Part shown: in pieces, positions 47,340 to 55,433 of the stretch
Layout of the letters: each line of letters starts with the position of its first letter
How positions within the stretch are numbered: the first letter of the stretch is position 1
From: Synergistales bacterium 58_81
GTDB lineage: Bacteria; Synergistota; Synergistia; Synergistales; Thermovirgaceae
Assembly (NCBI GenBank): GCA_001509095.1
Contig: LGGV01000001.1
Span: forward strand, 3,800 to 67,799
Direction: 5' to 3'
DNA length: 64,000 nucleotides
Notes under the pieces: generated by a model
The model's database searches: none
Told to the model about the DNA's origin: nothing
What the model saw: only the letters and a program-made list of their open reading frames with translations
Position numbers and translations under genes: made by a program

Positions 47340-49556
47340 ATGAAGGTTACAAGGAGCAAACCGAGGAACCAGGAAAAGATCGGGACCCCAAAACCCGGCA
47401 GGGGCGAGGGAAGAAAACCGATATGGATCACCATGGCGGTCCTTGTTTTTCTTCTGGTCGACCTTTACCTCCTGGCTACCCTGTTCCTCTTCAGGACGGG
47501 GGATCTTGGCCAGATTGTCCATTTCTGGACCCTGGAGACCCTCGGGGGCGGGGTCATCGTACTCCTGCTCTTTGGTGCCTATTCCTCGATCTCATGGCTG
47601 ATGGGATACCAGGTGCCCTCGCCCTGGAGGCAGTCTCTCGCTTCTTTGATAATGTATCTCTGCTGTGCCCTTCTTCTGGGACTCTCCACCCTGAGCGGCA
47701 TCGAACCCGTTATGGACATTCTGCGCCCCGGCAGGCCAGGCAACCTGCTGGCCGAGGCCCTCTTAAGACACATAGGTCCCTTTGGTGCGGTCCTGGCCGG
47801 GTTTGGAGGCATGGCATCGGCCATGGTTCTTTACGGGATCATCAACAGGAGGAACACGGCAGCGGCCGCTGCCCTTCTCTCAGGTGTCCTGAGATCCTTC
47901 GGCCGCCTTCTTTCCCCCCTTTCTGGAGGGCATCCTGCCGGGACCGGCCTTTCGCAGGAAGGAACGAAAAAGACCCCTGTCAAGACCGCCCCGGGGACCG
48001 GATCAAAAGCCGGCAGGACATCAGGTTCCGCAACCCCCGGCAGGATAGATATTCCCGATACGATAGTGGATGAAACCGCCGTCGATAGCGGCCAGGACCT
48101 TCTCGAAACGACCCCTGGCAAGGCGCTCTCTTTCCCGGTCCCGCTGGAGGTCTTCGGCGAACCCGACGATTTCTCCTTCGAGGTCGACAAGGGGCTTCTT
48201 TCCCGGCAGGGAGAGAACATCGTTGATACTCTCGAGGAGTTCGGGATCAGCGCCGAACTGGCAGAGACGGTGGTCGGCCCCACGGTGATACAGTACAGGA
48301 TACAGCTTGCCCCGGGCATCAAGGTCAGCAGGGTGTCAAGCCTGGCCAACGACCTGGCCGTATCCTTGGCTGTTCCCAGTCTCAGGGTCGAAGCCCCGAT
48401 CCCCGGGAAGACCTATATCGGGATCGAGATCCCGAACCCTGACAGGAAACCGGTGAATATCAGGACCGTCCTCGAGCACTCCTCGTTCCAGGATTCGGAC
48501 AGTGACCTTGCCATTCCTGTAGGGGTCGGTGTCGACGGCCGCCACCTTACCATCGGACTGGAGAAAATGCCCCACCTCCTGGTAGCCGGCACGACCGGAT
48601 CGGGCAAGAGCGTTTTCGTCTCATGCTGTATTGCAGCCCTTGCATCCCGCATGAGACCTGAAGAGCTCCGTTTCCTCCTCATCGACCCAAAGAGGGTGGA
48701 GATGAAGGTCTTCGAACGGTTGCCCCACAATATTACCCCGCCCGTCGTGGAATCGAGGCAGGCTGTTCACGCCCTGGGGTGGGCCATAAGGGAGATGGAG
48801 AAGCGTTACGAGATGTTCGCCCAGGCCAGGGTAAGGAACATAAAGGCCTTCAACGCCAGGGCTCTGCCCCTGGACCGACTTCCCTACATAATTATCGTGG
48901 TCGACGAACTTGCCGACCTGATGTTCACATCACCCCGGGAGGTAGAGGATTATATCTGCAGACTTGCGCAGATGGCCAGGGCCACCGGCATTCACCTGGT
49001 GATAGCCACCCAGAGACCTTCGGTCAATGTCGTGACGGGGCTGATAAAGGCCAATATCCCAGCCAGGGTGGCCTTCACACTTCCTTCCCAGACCGATTCG
49101 AGGACCATCATAGATATCTCCGGGGCCGAGAGGCTTCTTGGAAGCGGGGACATGCTCTTTCTGACCCCCAGGCTCCCCAAGCCGCTAAGGATACAATCCC
49201 CCTGGATGGACGAGCCGGTGATACAGCGTTTCATGGAATACCTTTCGGCCCTCTTCGGAGACCCTGTTTTCATTGACATCGACATGCAGGAGGACGATGA
49301 ACAGGACGGAGGCAGGGTCCATCTGGATGACCCTCTCCTTGAGGAGGCCATGGGGCTTATCCTTCAGAGCGGGATAGCCTCGGCAAGCAGGCTGCAGCGA
49401 CAGCTCAGGATAGGCTTCACGAGGGCGGCACGGCTTATCGACACCCTTGAACAGGTGGGCATCCTGGGTCCTCAGGAAGGGTCGAGACCGAGGGATATCC
49501 TGGTGGACGAGGAAGAGGCAAGACAGATCCTCGGAGCCAGCATCAACACCCCCTGA
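47340..49556 (+). CDS. ftsK: DNA translocase FtsK/SpoIIIE
   Basis: N-terminal TM helices and a low-complexity linker. The motor domain has HLLVAGTTGSGKS and IIVVDELADLM. There is a C-terminal gamma wHTH (ASASRLQRQLRIGFTRAARLID). Confidence 0.9.
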   Translation: MKVTRSKPRNQEKIGTPKPGRGEGRKPIWITMAVLVFLLVDLYLLATLFLFRTGDLGQIVHFWTLETLGGGVIVLLLFGAYSSISWLMGYQVPSPWRQSLASLIMYLCCALLLGLSTLSGIEPVMDILRPGRPGNLLAEALLRHIGPFGAVLAGFGGMASAMVLYGIINRRNTAAAAALLSGVLRSFGRLLSPLSGGHPAGTGLSQEGTKKTPVKTAPGTGSKAGRTSGSATPGRIDIPDTIVDETAVDSGQDLLETTPGKALSFPVPLEVFGEPDDFSFEVDKGLLSRQGENIVDTLEEFGISAELAETVVGPTVIQYRIQLAPGIKVSRVSSLANDLAVSLAVPSLRVEAPIPGKTYIGIEIPNPDRKPVNIRTVLEHSSFQDSDSDLAIPVGVGVDGRHLTIGLEKMPHLLVAGTTGSGKSVFVSCCIAALASRMRPEELRFLLIDPKRVEMKVFERLPHNITPPVVESRQAVHALGWAIREMEKRYEMFAQARVRNIKAFNARALPLDRLPYIIIVVDELADLMFTSPREVEDYICRLAQMARATGIHLVIATQRPSVNVVTGLIKANIPARVAFTLPSQTDSRTIIDISGAERLLGSGDMLFLTPRLPKPLRIQSPWMDEPVIQRFMEYLSALFGDPVFIDIDMQEDDEQDGGRVHLDDPLLEEAMGLILQSGIASASRLQRQLRIGFTRAARLIDTLEQVGILGPQEGSRPRDILVDEEEARQILGASINTP

Positions 49557-49570
49557 GGGACCTGCCCCCC

Positions 49571-50332
49571 ATGGAAGCAATGGTCCTGCCCCAGCTCAAG
49601 GCGTTTTTCGAACCCGCCATAGGACCGCCTTCAACGGTGATCGTTGCAGGCGGAAGGGCCCCGGATATAACCTGGTTGAGAGAGCTCTGCAGCTCCCGGG
49701 ATGTCTGGGCGGTGGACCGTGGGCTTGACGGCTGCATGTCGGCGGACATTGTGCCCACTCTTTTCATCGGCGACGGTGACAGCGTGTCCAGAAAGGCCAT
49801 GCAATGGGCGCAGTTGAAACAGGTTACCTCCCTCCTCTTCCCGCCTGAAAAGGACCTTACCGACCTTCAGCTGGCTCTCAGGGAAGCAGGCGGGAAGGGA
49901 TCATCTGCCATCATTACAGGGGCATTCGGAGGGCGGTTCGACCACATCTTTGCCAACGTCTACTCGCTCATATGGGCAGAAGAGGAGTGGGGTCCGAGAG
50001 TGCGCTGCATGGCAGACGAGAAGGAGGTGTTCTTCCTGATAAGGGGGGGTGAATCTCTTTCCCTGTCGGGACTTGAAAGAGGGACGGTCTTTTCTACCCT
50101 GGCGCTCTCCGAGGAGTGCAGCGGCATAGACATGAAAGGCGCAAAATGGCAGGTAGGGGAGGGTAGGCTATTACTCAGGGAACCCTTTGCCATAAGCAAT
50201 ATCTTATCCGGTGATGCAGAAGGAGCCCTGATCGACAGGGCCCCTTTAAGGGTGAGTCTTTCTTCCGGGTGGCTGGGGGTATACGTTATGACCAACCTGT
50301 CAGCCGAACAAGACCAGAAGGAGCGCTTCTAG
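49571..50332 (+). CDS. thiN: Thiamine diphosphokinase
   Basis: Motifs FIGDGDS, EKDLTDLQLAL and GAFGGRFDHIFANV. 253 aa. Confidence 0.8.
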   Translation: MEAMVLPQLKAFFEPAIGPPSTVIVAGGRAPDITWLRELCSSRDVWAVDRGLDGCMSADIVPTLFIGDGDSVSRKAMQWAQLKQVTSLLFPPEKDLTDLQLALREAGGKGSSAIITGAFGGRFDHIFANVYSLIWAEEEWGPRVRCMADEKEVFFLIRGGESLSLSGLERGTVFSTLALSEECSGIDMKGAKWQVGEGRLLLREPFAISNILSGDAEGALIDRAPLRVSLSSGWLGVYVMTNLSAEQDQKERF

Positions 50333-50523
50333 ACAGCCCTTCTGACCCTTCCCGAGCGAAGGCACTTCGTACAGATCTTCATTCTCCGTGATTCGTTGCA
50401 GCCTACATCGACCTTGACGTTCTGAAGGTTGATGCTCCAGGTCCTTCTTGTATGACGGTTGGAGTGGCTGACACTGTTGCCGGTAACCCGGCCTCTTCCG
50501 CAGCAATCGCAGACATTGGCCAT
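50329..50523 (-). CDS. rpmB: 50S ribosomal protein L28
   Basis: MANVCDCCGRGRVTGNSVSHSNRHTRRTWSINLQ... ATG 50523 follows AGGAGGG. The ORF-track start at 50574 is read-through. Confidence 0.9.
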   Translation of the reverse strand: MANVCDCCGRGRVTGNSVSHSNRHTRRTWSINLQNVKVDVGCNESRRMKICTKCLRSGRVRRAV

Positions 50524-50564
50524 TTCCATCCCTCCTGTTCCTGTACATCGGGCAAACGGCGAAC

Positions 50565-50594
50565 ATTGTACCACGGGTGGACAAGGGTGCGCAA
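50565..50594 (-). promoter_or_regulatory. Putative rpmB promoter
   Basis: On the minus strand: TTGCGC (50594-50589), an 18-nt spacer, then the extended -10 TGgTACAAT (hexamer 50570-50565). It sits about 40 nt upstream of the rpmB ATG. Confidence 0.4.
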
Positions 50595-50662
50595 GATGAG
50601 CCCCTTCGTTGTATCATTGTCTCGTCCATGGTGAATCTATTTCGACAGGGAGTGATCCGTTT

Positions 50663-50902
50663 ATGTCCTTCACCAAAGACATGACCGATCTTCAGGAGAT
50701 CGTCTCCAGGCTGGACTCCGGACAGATACCCCTTGAGGAATCTCTCGAGCTCTTCGAGAAGGGGATCGGCCTTGTCAATTCCTGCAGAAAGTATTTGGAA
50801 GAGGCCCAACAGAAGATCACCCTCCTAACCAACGACAACGGGGACCATGAGGGCAGGGAGTGGGATCCTCTTTCGGGAGATGGCTCGATCGATGGGAATT
50901 AG
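50663..50902 (+). CDS. xseB: Exodeoxyribonuclease VII small subunit
   Basis: FTKDMTDLQEIVSRLDSGQIPLEESLELFEKGIGLVNSCRKYLEEAQQKI. ATG 50663 follows GGGAGTGA. Confidence 0.85.
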   Translation: MSFTKDMTDLQEIVSRLDSGQIPLEESLELFEKGIGLVNSCRKYLEEAQQKITLLTNDNGDHEGREWDPLSGDGSIDGN

Positions 50903-51815
50903 CATTTCTTCAGCTAAAGGGAACCCCGACGACAGGATCTCGGGGTGCAGACTTTTCGTTGAGAAGGCAATTGAAGATCTTTGTAATGAGAGGCCTGAAA
51001 GGATACCGGAAAGACTTTGGGAATCGATGACCTATTCCCTCACAGCAGGAGGCAAGCGGGTCAGACCCGTCCTGTGCATCCTTGCAGGAGAAACCTGCGG
51101 CGCCTCACGGGAGGATCTCATCCCCATGGCCCTGGCTTGCGAAATGGTCCATACGGCATCCCTTATCCACGATGATCTTCCTGCAATGGACAACGACAGC
51201 ATGAGAAGGGGAAAGCCGACCAATCACGTGGTCTTCGGAGAGCCTCTGGCACTTCTGGCGGGAGACTCCCTATTCCTGTGGGCCTTTGAATATGCCCGAA
51301 AGAGACTCCTTGCCGGGAACGCCTTCCCCCATCTGTCCATTCTGGAGGCTCTTGGGGTCCTCCTCGACGCGTCAGGGCCAGCAGGTATATGCGGAGGACA
51401 GGTCCTTGACACGGACCCTGCCAGCACAGGACCCGAGTCGGAGCACCCATGGACTGTTGCCAGGTCCAAGACCGCCGTACTCATCAGCGCATCAGTCCAG
51501 GCAGGGGCGATACTCGGAGGAGCCGGACCTCGCGAGAGGGAGGCCTTTGCAGGGTTTGGGGACCATCTCGGGACGGCATTCCAGATAATTGATGACATTA
51601 TCGATGTGACCGGCGAAGCTGCAAGGATCGGAAAAACCCCCGGAAAGGACAGGATCCAGGGAAAGATAACTTTCGTAAGCGTTTTTGGCCTTGAGGAAGC
51701 GAGAAGGATGTCCAGGAAGGAGACATCCATGGCCATTGACTTCCTGTCGATCATTGAAAGGGACGTGGCCGACCTGGAGAGATTCCCCCGGATCCTGGAA
51801 GAACGAGACAACTGA
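50880..51815 (+). CDS. ispA: Polyprenyl (farnesyl/geranylgeranyl) diphosphate synthase
   Basis: Has GGKRVRP, the first Asp-rich motif LIHDDLPAMDNDSMRRG and the second motif FQIIDDIID. The start is ambiguous (ATG 50847, 50880 or 50892) and overlaps the xseB end. Confidence 0.85.
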   Translation: MARSMGISISSAKGNPDDRISGCRLFVEKAIEDLCNERPERIPERLWESMTYSLTAGGKRVRPVLCILAGETCGASREDLIPMALACEMVHTASLIHDDLPAMDNDSMRRGKPTNHVVFGEPLALLAGDSLFLWAFEYARKRLLAGNAFPHLSILEALGVLLDASGPAGICGGQVLDTDPASTGPESEHPWTVARSKTAVLISASVQAGAILGGAGPREREAFAGFGDHLGTAFQIIDDIIDVTGEAARIGKTPGKDRIQGKITFVSVFGLEEARRMSRKETSMAIDFLSIIERDVADLERFPRILEERDN

Positions 51816-51844
51816 TAGGGTTTTCGGAGGCAGAGACCGGAAGG

Positions 51845-53866
51845 ATGAGAGAACTGCTCGACAGGATCGTGGATCACAGGGACCTGAAGGGACTTGACCA
51901 CCGGCAACTGGATAGCCTGGCCGAAGAGATCAGGGAGATGATAGTAGAAACCGTCCGGACCAACGGAGGACATCTCGCCTCTTCCCTGGGTGCCGTAGAA
52001 CTGAACATCGCCCTGTTGAGGGCCTTTGACCCCTCGAAAGACAGGATAGTCTTTGACGTCGGCCATCAGGCATACGCGTACAAGATCCTCACCGGCAGAA
52101 AGGACCAGTTCCACTCGCTCAGGAAATGGGGGGGTGTATCGGGCTTCCCGGACCCGAAGGAGAGTCCCTTCGACCACTTTAATGCAGGGCACAGCAGCAA
52201 ATCCCTGTCGGCTGCGCTCGGCCTGGCCAAGGCGAGGGACCTCCTGGGGCGAAGACACTATGTGGTGGCCGTTATCGGTGACGGATCGCTAATAAACGGT
52301 CTTGCCCTTGAGGCTCTTAACCATGCCCATGAATTGAACACGCCTGCCCTGTTCATTCTTAACGACAACCAGATGTCAATTAACAGGAGAGTTGGAGGCC
52401 TGGCCAGCCATCTTGCCGCACTGAGCGTGAACCCCATGTACAGGCAGTTCAAGAAGCTCCTCAAGTACTTCTGCCGAAAAGTCCCCGATGGGAGAAAACT
52501 CGAATCCTTCCTGGAGAAGGCCAAGCAGACCGTCAAGGGACTCCTTCTCCCTCCCAACATGTTCGAGGACCTTGGCATAAGCTACTGGGGGCCTTTTGAC
52601 GGCCACAATATCCAGGAGATGGAGAAGATCTTCAATATGGCCAAGAGCTACGAGTTCCCGCTCCTGGTCCACATTCTTACTGTCAAGGGCAAGGGCTTCA
52701 GGCCGGCTGAGGAAGATCCGGAGTGGTTCCACGGTGTGTCGCCGGGCATGCTTGACATAATGTCCTCATCCACACCCGAGGAGAGCTGGAGCGAAGCTTC
52801 GGCGGCGTGCATAGAAGAGCTGGCCGAAAGGGACCCGAGAGTGGTCCTGATGACTGCCGCAATGAAGGAAGGAAGCAGACTGAACCGCTTCAGCGAGAAG
52901 TACCCCGAGAGATTCTTCGATGTCGGGATAGCCGAGGGGCATCTTCTGACATTTGCCGCAGGTATGGCAGCGGCGGGAATGGTGCCGGTGGTCTCCATAT
53001 ACTCCACCTTCCTGCAGAGAGCTATGGACCAGTTGGTCCATGATATCTGCATGCAAGACCTTCACGTGATCCTGGCCATAGACCGGGCTGGTCTGGTCGG
53101 CGCGGACGGAGAGACCCATCACGGGGTCCTGGACCTTCCCTGGACGAGGACGATCCCCAATCTTGCAGTAATGGCACCCCGTGACAGGAATGACCTCAGG
53201 TGGATGTACCAGGAAGCTCTGAAAACAAGGTCCCCGTCGGCTATTAGACTACCTCGGGGATCGGTCCCGGTATCGATATGCCGTGAGGGTCATGGCTCTC
53301 CCCGGGAGTGGGGGAGTGCCGAAAGGATCTTCGACGGGACGGGGTGGTGCATTTTCTCCTATGGAGCGACGGTCCCCCTTGCGGCCCGGACCTACGAAGA
53401 GACGTGGAGAACCGGCGTTGAGCCTCCTTCGGTCTATGACCTGCGTTTTCTGAAACCCCTGGACACCGATATGTTAAGGTCCGCCCTCTCTTCAAACCTC
53501 TTCGCTGTCGTCATTGAGGACGGTAACGTAGAAGGGGGGATAGGGGAGAAGATCTCTTCCCTTGCAAACAGGGAAGGTCTGAAAGCCAGGGTGGTTTGCC
53601 TGGGTGTTCCGGACCGGTTCGTCCCTCACGGAACGGTCAAGGAGCAGTGGGAGTATTGCCGACTTGTTCCCGACGAGGTGATAGGGCTCTATGAGATGTT
53701 CAGGAAAAGAGGAAAGACTGGACCAGGAAATGGTAACGAGGGGCATTACCGAGAGCAGGAGCAGCGCTCAGTCGCTGATACTGGCGGGATCCGTCAGAGT
53801 GGACGGAGAGAGGGTACTGAAACCAGGGAAGAAAGTTCTGAAAAATTCCCTGATCGAAGCCGATAA
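51845..53866 (+). CDS. dxs: 1-deoxy-D-xylulose-5-phosphate synthase (with unusual ~50-codon 3' extension)
   Basis: Motifs FDVGHQAYAYKILTGR, GHSSKSLSAALG, IGDGSL and AIDRAGLVGADGETHHG. The conserved part ends near ...VIGLYEMFRKRGK. The remaining low-complexity G/R/E/S tail is tlyA read in another frame. Confidence 0.85.
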   Translation: MRELLDRIVDHRDLKGLDHRQLDSLAEEIREMIVETVRTNGGHLASSLGAVELNIALLRAFDPSKDRIVFDVGHQAYAYKILTGRKDQFHSLRKWGGVSGFPDPKESPFDHFNAGHSSKSLSAALGLAKARDLLGRRHYVVAVIGDGSLINGLALEALNHAHELNTPALFILNDNQMSINRRVGGLASHLAALSVNPMYRQFKKLLKYFCRKVPDGRKLESFLEKAKQTVKGLLLPPNMFEDLGISYWGPFDGHNIQEMEKIFNMAKSYEFPLLVHILTVKGKGFRPAEEDPEWFHGVSPGMLDIMSSSTPEESWSEASAACIEELAERDPRVVLMTAAMKEGSRLNRFSEKYPERFFDVGIAEGHLLTFAAGMAAAGMVPVVSIYSTFLQRAMDQLVHDICMQDLHVILAIDRAGLVGADGETHHGVLDLPWTRTIPNLAVMAPRDRNDLRWMYQEALKTRSPSAIRLPRGSVPVSICREGHGSPREWGSAERIFDGTGWCIFSYGATVPLAARTYEETWRTGVEPPSVYDLRFLKPLDTDMLRSALSSNLFAVVIEDGNVEGGIGEKISSLANREGLKARVVCLGVPDRFVPHGTVKEQWEYCRLVPDEVIGLYEMFRKRGKTGPGNGNEGHYREQEQRSVADTGGIRQSGRREGTETREESSEKFPDRSR

Positions 53867-54551
53867 GGGTCCGGGATGGGCAAGCAGGGGAGCCTTCAAG
53901 CTTCTGAAAGCGCTTGATGTATTTTGCGTTGACCCTTCTGGAAAGGTTTGCATAGACATTGGAGCTTCCACAGGTGGTTTCACCGATGTGCTGCTGGAAC
54001 GCGGGGCGGTGAAGGTATACTCTGTCGACGTCGGCTACGGGCAACTTGCCTGGCGGCTTAGGAGCGATGAAAGGGTCGTGGTCATGGAGAGGACCAATGC
54101 CAGAGACCTCAACCCCCGGGATCTGGAGGATACTCCGGAAGTGGCCGTCATGGATGTCTCCTTCATCTCCGTTACCAGGATCCTGCCTGCCCTTGAGGAA
54201 TTACTGGCTCCCGGCGGAGATTGCATAGTCCTGATAAAGCCGCAGTTCGAGGCCGGCAAAGGGTGCGTCGGGAAGAAGGGTGTTGTAAGGGAAAGGTCCG
54301 TCCACATGGATGTTTTAAGGAACGTTGGAACATATATCTCCTCGATGAGAGATTTGGTCTTGATGGGAGCCAACTTTTCTCCCATACTGGGACCAAGCGG
54401 GAACATGGAATTCCTGTTCCATCTCAGGAAAGGAGGGAGCCCTCCGGTAGCCATGGATGAAGGCTTCTTAAGGGATCTCGTTGAAAGGGCTCACAGGGAA
54501 CTTCTTGGGGTTCCACAAGAAGAGACTGATAGAACAGAGGGGGTCCTTTAA
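53691..54551 (+). CDS. tlyA: TlyA family rRNA 2'-O-methyltransferase (S4 domain plus FtsJ-like methyltransferase)
   Basis: Contains ERLDQEMVTRGITESRSSAQSLILAGSVRVDG (S4), ASRGAFKLLKAL and DIGASTGGFTDVLLERGAVKVYSVDVGYGQL. ATG 53691 is needed to include the S4 domain. Confidence 0.85.
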   Translation: MRCSGKEERLDQEMVTRGITESRSSAQSLILAGSVRVDGERVLKPGKKVLKNSLIEADKGPGWASRGAFKLLKALDVFCVDPSGKVCIDIGASTGGFTDVLLERGAVKVYSVDVGYGQLAWRLRSDERVVVMERTNARDLNPRDLEDTPEVAVMDVSFISVTRILPALEELLAPGGDCIVLIKPQFEAGKGCVGKKGVVRERSVHMDVLRNVGTYISSMRDLVLMGANFSPILGPSGNMEFLFHLRKGGSPPVAMDEGFLRDLVERAHRELLGVPQEETDRTEGVL

Positions 54552-55429
54552 TGATCGAAACCCTGGGACTGCTGGTCAACACCCAGAAGAGTTCGGCCCT
54601 GGCACTGGCCGAGAGCATTCTCAGGTGGGGGAGGGAACGCAATGTCAAGTTCGTACTTCCCCCCCATGAGGCTCATGTTCTTGGGGAACAGGAGACGTCG
54701 GACCAGGACTGGAAAGAGAAGGTCGACGCCGCTGTTGTCCTTGGAGGAGACGGTACATTCCTGAGGGCCGCACGCTACGTAATAGGGCATAACATCCCCC
54801 TTTACGGCATCAATGTCGGAAGACTGGGCTTCCTCTCCTGCGGGAAGATAGAGAATGCCGAGAAGGACCTTGAGATGATCAGGACCGGGGAGTTCACGGT
54901 GAACTTCAGACCCCTCCTGCACGGTATCGTAAGCCGGGGGAAGAGGAACAAGCACGAAGTCTTCGCCCTGAACGACCTTGTCGTGACCAAAGGGCCCTTT
55001 GCGAGACTTATAGCACTTAATATTGCGGTCAGCGGACGTAACCTGAGCCTCCTGCACGCTGACGGGATTATCATAGCCACCCCCACGGGATCGACGGCCT
55101 ACTCTCTCTCAGCCGGCGGCCCCATAGTGCCTCCTCACATGTCCTGCATGATCCTTACACCGATCTGTGCCCACACTCTCTACTCCAGACCGATCGTACT
55201 GAGTGAATCCGATACGGTGACCATAACGCCCGAGGGGCAGCACAGGGAGATCATGCTTACCCAGGATGGACAGTTAGGGTACGAGCTTCTCCCTGGGGAC
55301 AATATCTCCATATCCCTTGACAAGGACCGTAATATCGGGATCATCACCCTGCCAGAGAACGAATTCTTCTCCCTTCTACAGGAGAAATTCCAGTGGGGTC
55401 ACAGGACTCCGAACGGTTCCGGGGAATGA
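54551..55429 (+). CDS. nadK: NAD kinase
   Basis: Motifs VVLGGDGTFLRAAR, GINVGRLGFL and ATPTGSTAYSLSAGGP. The ATG overlaps the tlyA TAA. Confidence 0.9.
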   Translation: MIETLGLLVNTQKSSALALAESILRWGRERNVKFVLPPHEAHVLGEQETSDQDWKEKVDAAVVLGGDGTFLRAARYVIGHNIPLYGINVGRLGFLSCGKIENAEKDLEMIRTGEFTVNFRPLLHGIVSRGKRNKHEVFALNDLVVTKGPFARLIALNIAVSGRNLSLLHADGIIIATPTGSTAYSLSAGGPIVPPHMSCMILTPICAHTLYSRPIVLSESDTVTITPEGQHREIMLTQDGQLGYELLPGDNISISLDKDRNIGIITLPENEFFSLLQEKFQWGHRTPNGSGE

Positions 55430-55433
55430 TCCC

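Noticed and set aside
51224-52258. Long antisense ORFs inside other genes. Examples: 51224-52258 (344 aa), 8988-9899 (303 aa), 2383-3198, 9896-10690, 19269-20081, 20414-21169, 40988-41680, 42366-43022, 43237-43887, 44256-44951, 62968-63738.
   Set aside because: All sit opposite strongly supported conserved genes. Several run straight across intergenic regions and terminators. Their translations are low-complexity (R/G/P/S-rich) and have no family motifs. This is the typical GC-rich shadow-ORF pattern.
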